Source: Bugula neritina (Eukaryota > Animalia > Bryozoa). Taken from it: DNA of 64,000 nt. Positions 61,601-64,000 of this stretch are shown here, piece after piece. The stretch spans positions 6,243,929 through 6,307,928 of the forward strand of contig OZ037769.1 in assembly GCA_964035545.1 (NCBI GenBank), given 5' to 3'. The notes beneath the pieces were generated by a model that saw only the letters and a list, made by a program, of their open reading frames with translations, made no database searches and was not told the origin of the DNA. Each line of letters opens with the position of its first letter. Position 1 is the first letter of the stretch. The translations under genes and the position numbers were made by a program.

Positions 61601-62939
61601 TACTACATATTATAATGTATGACTACTGAACATGTGACTGGATAATCAGAGTGAAACATGAGCATGTTTAGAAATTATTTCTATTCTATAGCCTTTGTGT
61701 TGAACAGTGAGATTTGAAGATTTCGAACTACTTTTGCAATATAATATTGACAACGCAGAATTTGGTAGGATACTTCCAGAGTTTCATAATTAATTGACTA
61801 TAGTTTAGCTAATTTTCTGCCTTTATGAATCTTTCAATTTATTGATAACTTTGAGCCTTGAAGATCTATCTCAGAAAATAAAAAAATGAAAAGGGATATG
61901 ATGCAAATTAATTTGTCATGTGTAATAACATGGATATGTATACTTTTAGTTAAGTAAAACACAAAACAAAAGCGAAAAATTTGAGCAGTAACAGGTGTCA
62001 TCTATTTTAACAAAAAAGTGCCACTAAAAACCGCATTATCTCAATTTTTCCTTTTTCTATAGAAAAAGTAATCAATTGAAATGAAATATATTTCAGTTAT
62101 GCATTAGGTTTAGCATGTTTATTATGCTCTGGTTAAATTATTTGTAGCTTCAAAATAGCAAAACTGAAAGCTTCTATAGAACAAATCACCTTTAAAAAAA
62201 TAGGTATAGGCTGTTGCAAGACTGGAACCTACTACATTGATACTAAAGAGGTAATAGTCTAAGTACTCCTATACCCACTGGTTTGATGCCAGCCCTCCCC
62301 AGTCACAGTCAAGTCTACCTTACGCAGTACCAGCTGACCCTTTAATGACATCCCTTATGCTTTTTAATTACTGTAAGCTAGAAAGATTATCAGCAGATAA
62401 TGTTAGTGCATGTGGGACTAGCTCGGCCTGGGATAGAAGGCAGCTAGTTCACTGACCGACAGTGGGCTCCAGAACAATTCACAAACATGACTTTGCAAAA
62501 TATTCCGCTGTAAGAAAAGATAATTTCATTGGCTAAACACTCCACAGACAGATTAAGAAGACGTGTGGGGGAGAAAAATATTACAAAAAATTAGTATAAA
62601 TAGACAGTCAACTTTATTTCTAACACCAATTTAGGATGAAATAGCAAATAAAAATACCTTGTTTTCGGTGACAATATGGCTAAAGAATGCATTTTTATAA
62701 CAACAATTAATATGCATTACAAATGCTCGAGGACAGTTTCTACGGACTTAGGATTTATGAAGATTCGACTTGGATATTGCAATTAAATTAGAAAATGTGG
62801 TTAAACTGCATTATACAAAATATTGAGATATTGTTTTAATAAAATTACAAAATGGGGAATAAAGGGTAATGGTTGTCAAACTCATAACTTGTGGTTCATG
62901 AAGCCATTTTAACAGAAAACCTGTTAGCTCAGGCTAGAT

Positions 62940-63296
62940 GGTGACACAACATTTGGAAAATGACAATTGGAAAACACCTATTTGGAAACTGAACAATTAG
63001 AAAATGGACAATTGGAAAATGAAAAATATTCAACATGGTCTGGTCATGAGGGGCTGTCCGGCATCTGGTTAATTCCGAAATAGCTTTTAAAATAAATACA
63101 ATGACGGAATCAGTTAGGCTATCATGAAAGTAGAATTAGTTACCGAGTAGTTTTAATTTAAAATTGTTCAAATTTACAAAAAGCTTTTTGAACCCGACCA
63201 AATACTAAACGCCCCCTCTGGATTAGGCCATGTTGAATATTCTTCATTTTCCAAATAGGTGTCTTCCAATTGTCATTTTCAAAATGTCGCGAATTC
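62940..63296. mobile_element. MULE/foldback-like MITE with subterminal repeats and 9-bp TSD
   Basis: Left GGTGACACAACATTTGGAAAATGACAATTGGAAAACACCTATTTGGAAA...AATATTCAACATGG pairs with right CCATGTTGAATATT...TTTCCAAATAGGTGTCTTCCAATTGTCATTTTCAAAATGT. TSD AGGCTAGAT (62931-62939) / AGGCCAGAT (63297-63305). Confidence 0.8.
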
Positions 63297-64000
63297 AGGC
63301 CAGATACACTAGTCAAGTGCTAATGCATTGGTTTATTTAAAAGGTATACTTCAATGGTGCATGTTAGAATTGCTTCAAATCATTTTATTTTTATGAAACG
63401 TGATTATATTTTCCAAATTTTCAGAAAAATATGTTTATTTGGCATGAATATAGAGATTTTACATCTCGCTACCTGCAGGACCACAGTGGTGAAAGGTGAC
63501 CAAAGGTGACCATAGAGACTTTACATCCTGATGTTGCCATGACAACTAAACATCTTCTACACCTGCTTAGTTATCGTGTTTATGTGAGCAACTGGTAAAA
63601 TCTGCTCCAAACCAAAATTTTAATTCAATTAAATTGTTATTAGTTGAAAAACAAGTTAGGATAAAATATAACCTGGAAATCAGTCCAGGAAAGTTTAATG
63701 TTCCTACGTACACATTCCTCCTAGACAGCTGACGGTATATTATGAAACATAGATTATAGAATTACAAAAAATAATCACACTATTTAATTGTTAATCTAAA
63801 TTTTCAACATTGGTAATCAAGGAATATTTAAATTCATAAAAAAATAAAAACAGATTTAAAAAAGCTTCCTGAGCTTACACAGCTGTTGAGCTGACCCATT
63901 GACCTGTAGGGAAGTCACTGGAAGCAGCTTACATCACCACATGGTATTTTGACCCTGAAGAACCAACAGGATGCAGTAGAAACCTGAGGCAGTTCTGAGT

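Overview
AT-rich animal (probably invertebrate) genomic DNA with spliceosomal GT-AG introns; no prokaryotic features. Four intact multi-exon genes could be assembled by hand with consistent intron phases: KLHDC4 (+, 337-14040), a SKAP1/SKAP2-like PH+SH3 adaptor (-, 14436-23758), TMEM205 (+, about 25846-32162) and a PDE7-type cAMP phosphodiesterase (+, 53899-58693). The most striking structure is the 8.9-kb KLHDC4 intron 2, which holds three nested insertions. A 5'-truncated CR1/L2-group LINE is split at a TTAA by a 7-kb Kolobok-like DNA transposon, and removing that element restores a stop-free RT reading frame. The Kolobok-like element carries a decayed, spliced gene resembling the P2X7 'ballast'/KolX domain, and it also contains a 1.7-kb foldback element with arms of about 430-460 bp. 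Other features: a dead Tc1 inside a minisatellite, tRNA-derived SINEs, a MULE-like MITE, several splice acceptors embedded in duplicated sequence, hairpins in a 21-kb gene-poor stretch, and a TATA box plus full CRE at the PDE7 5' end. All homology calls come from motif recognition by eye, not from database searches.
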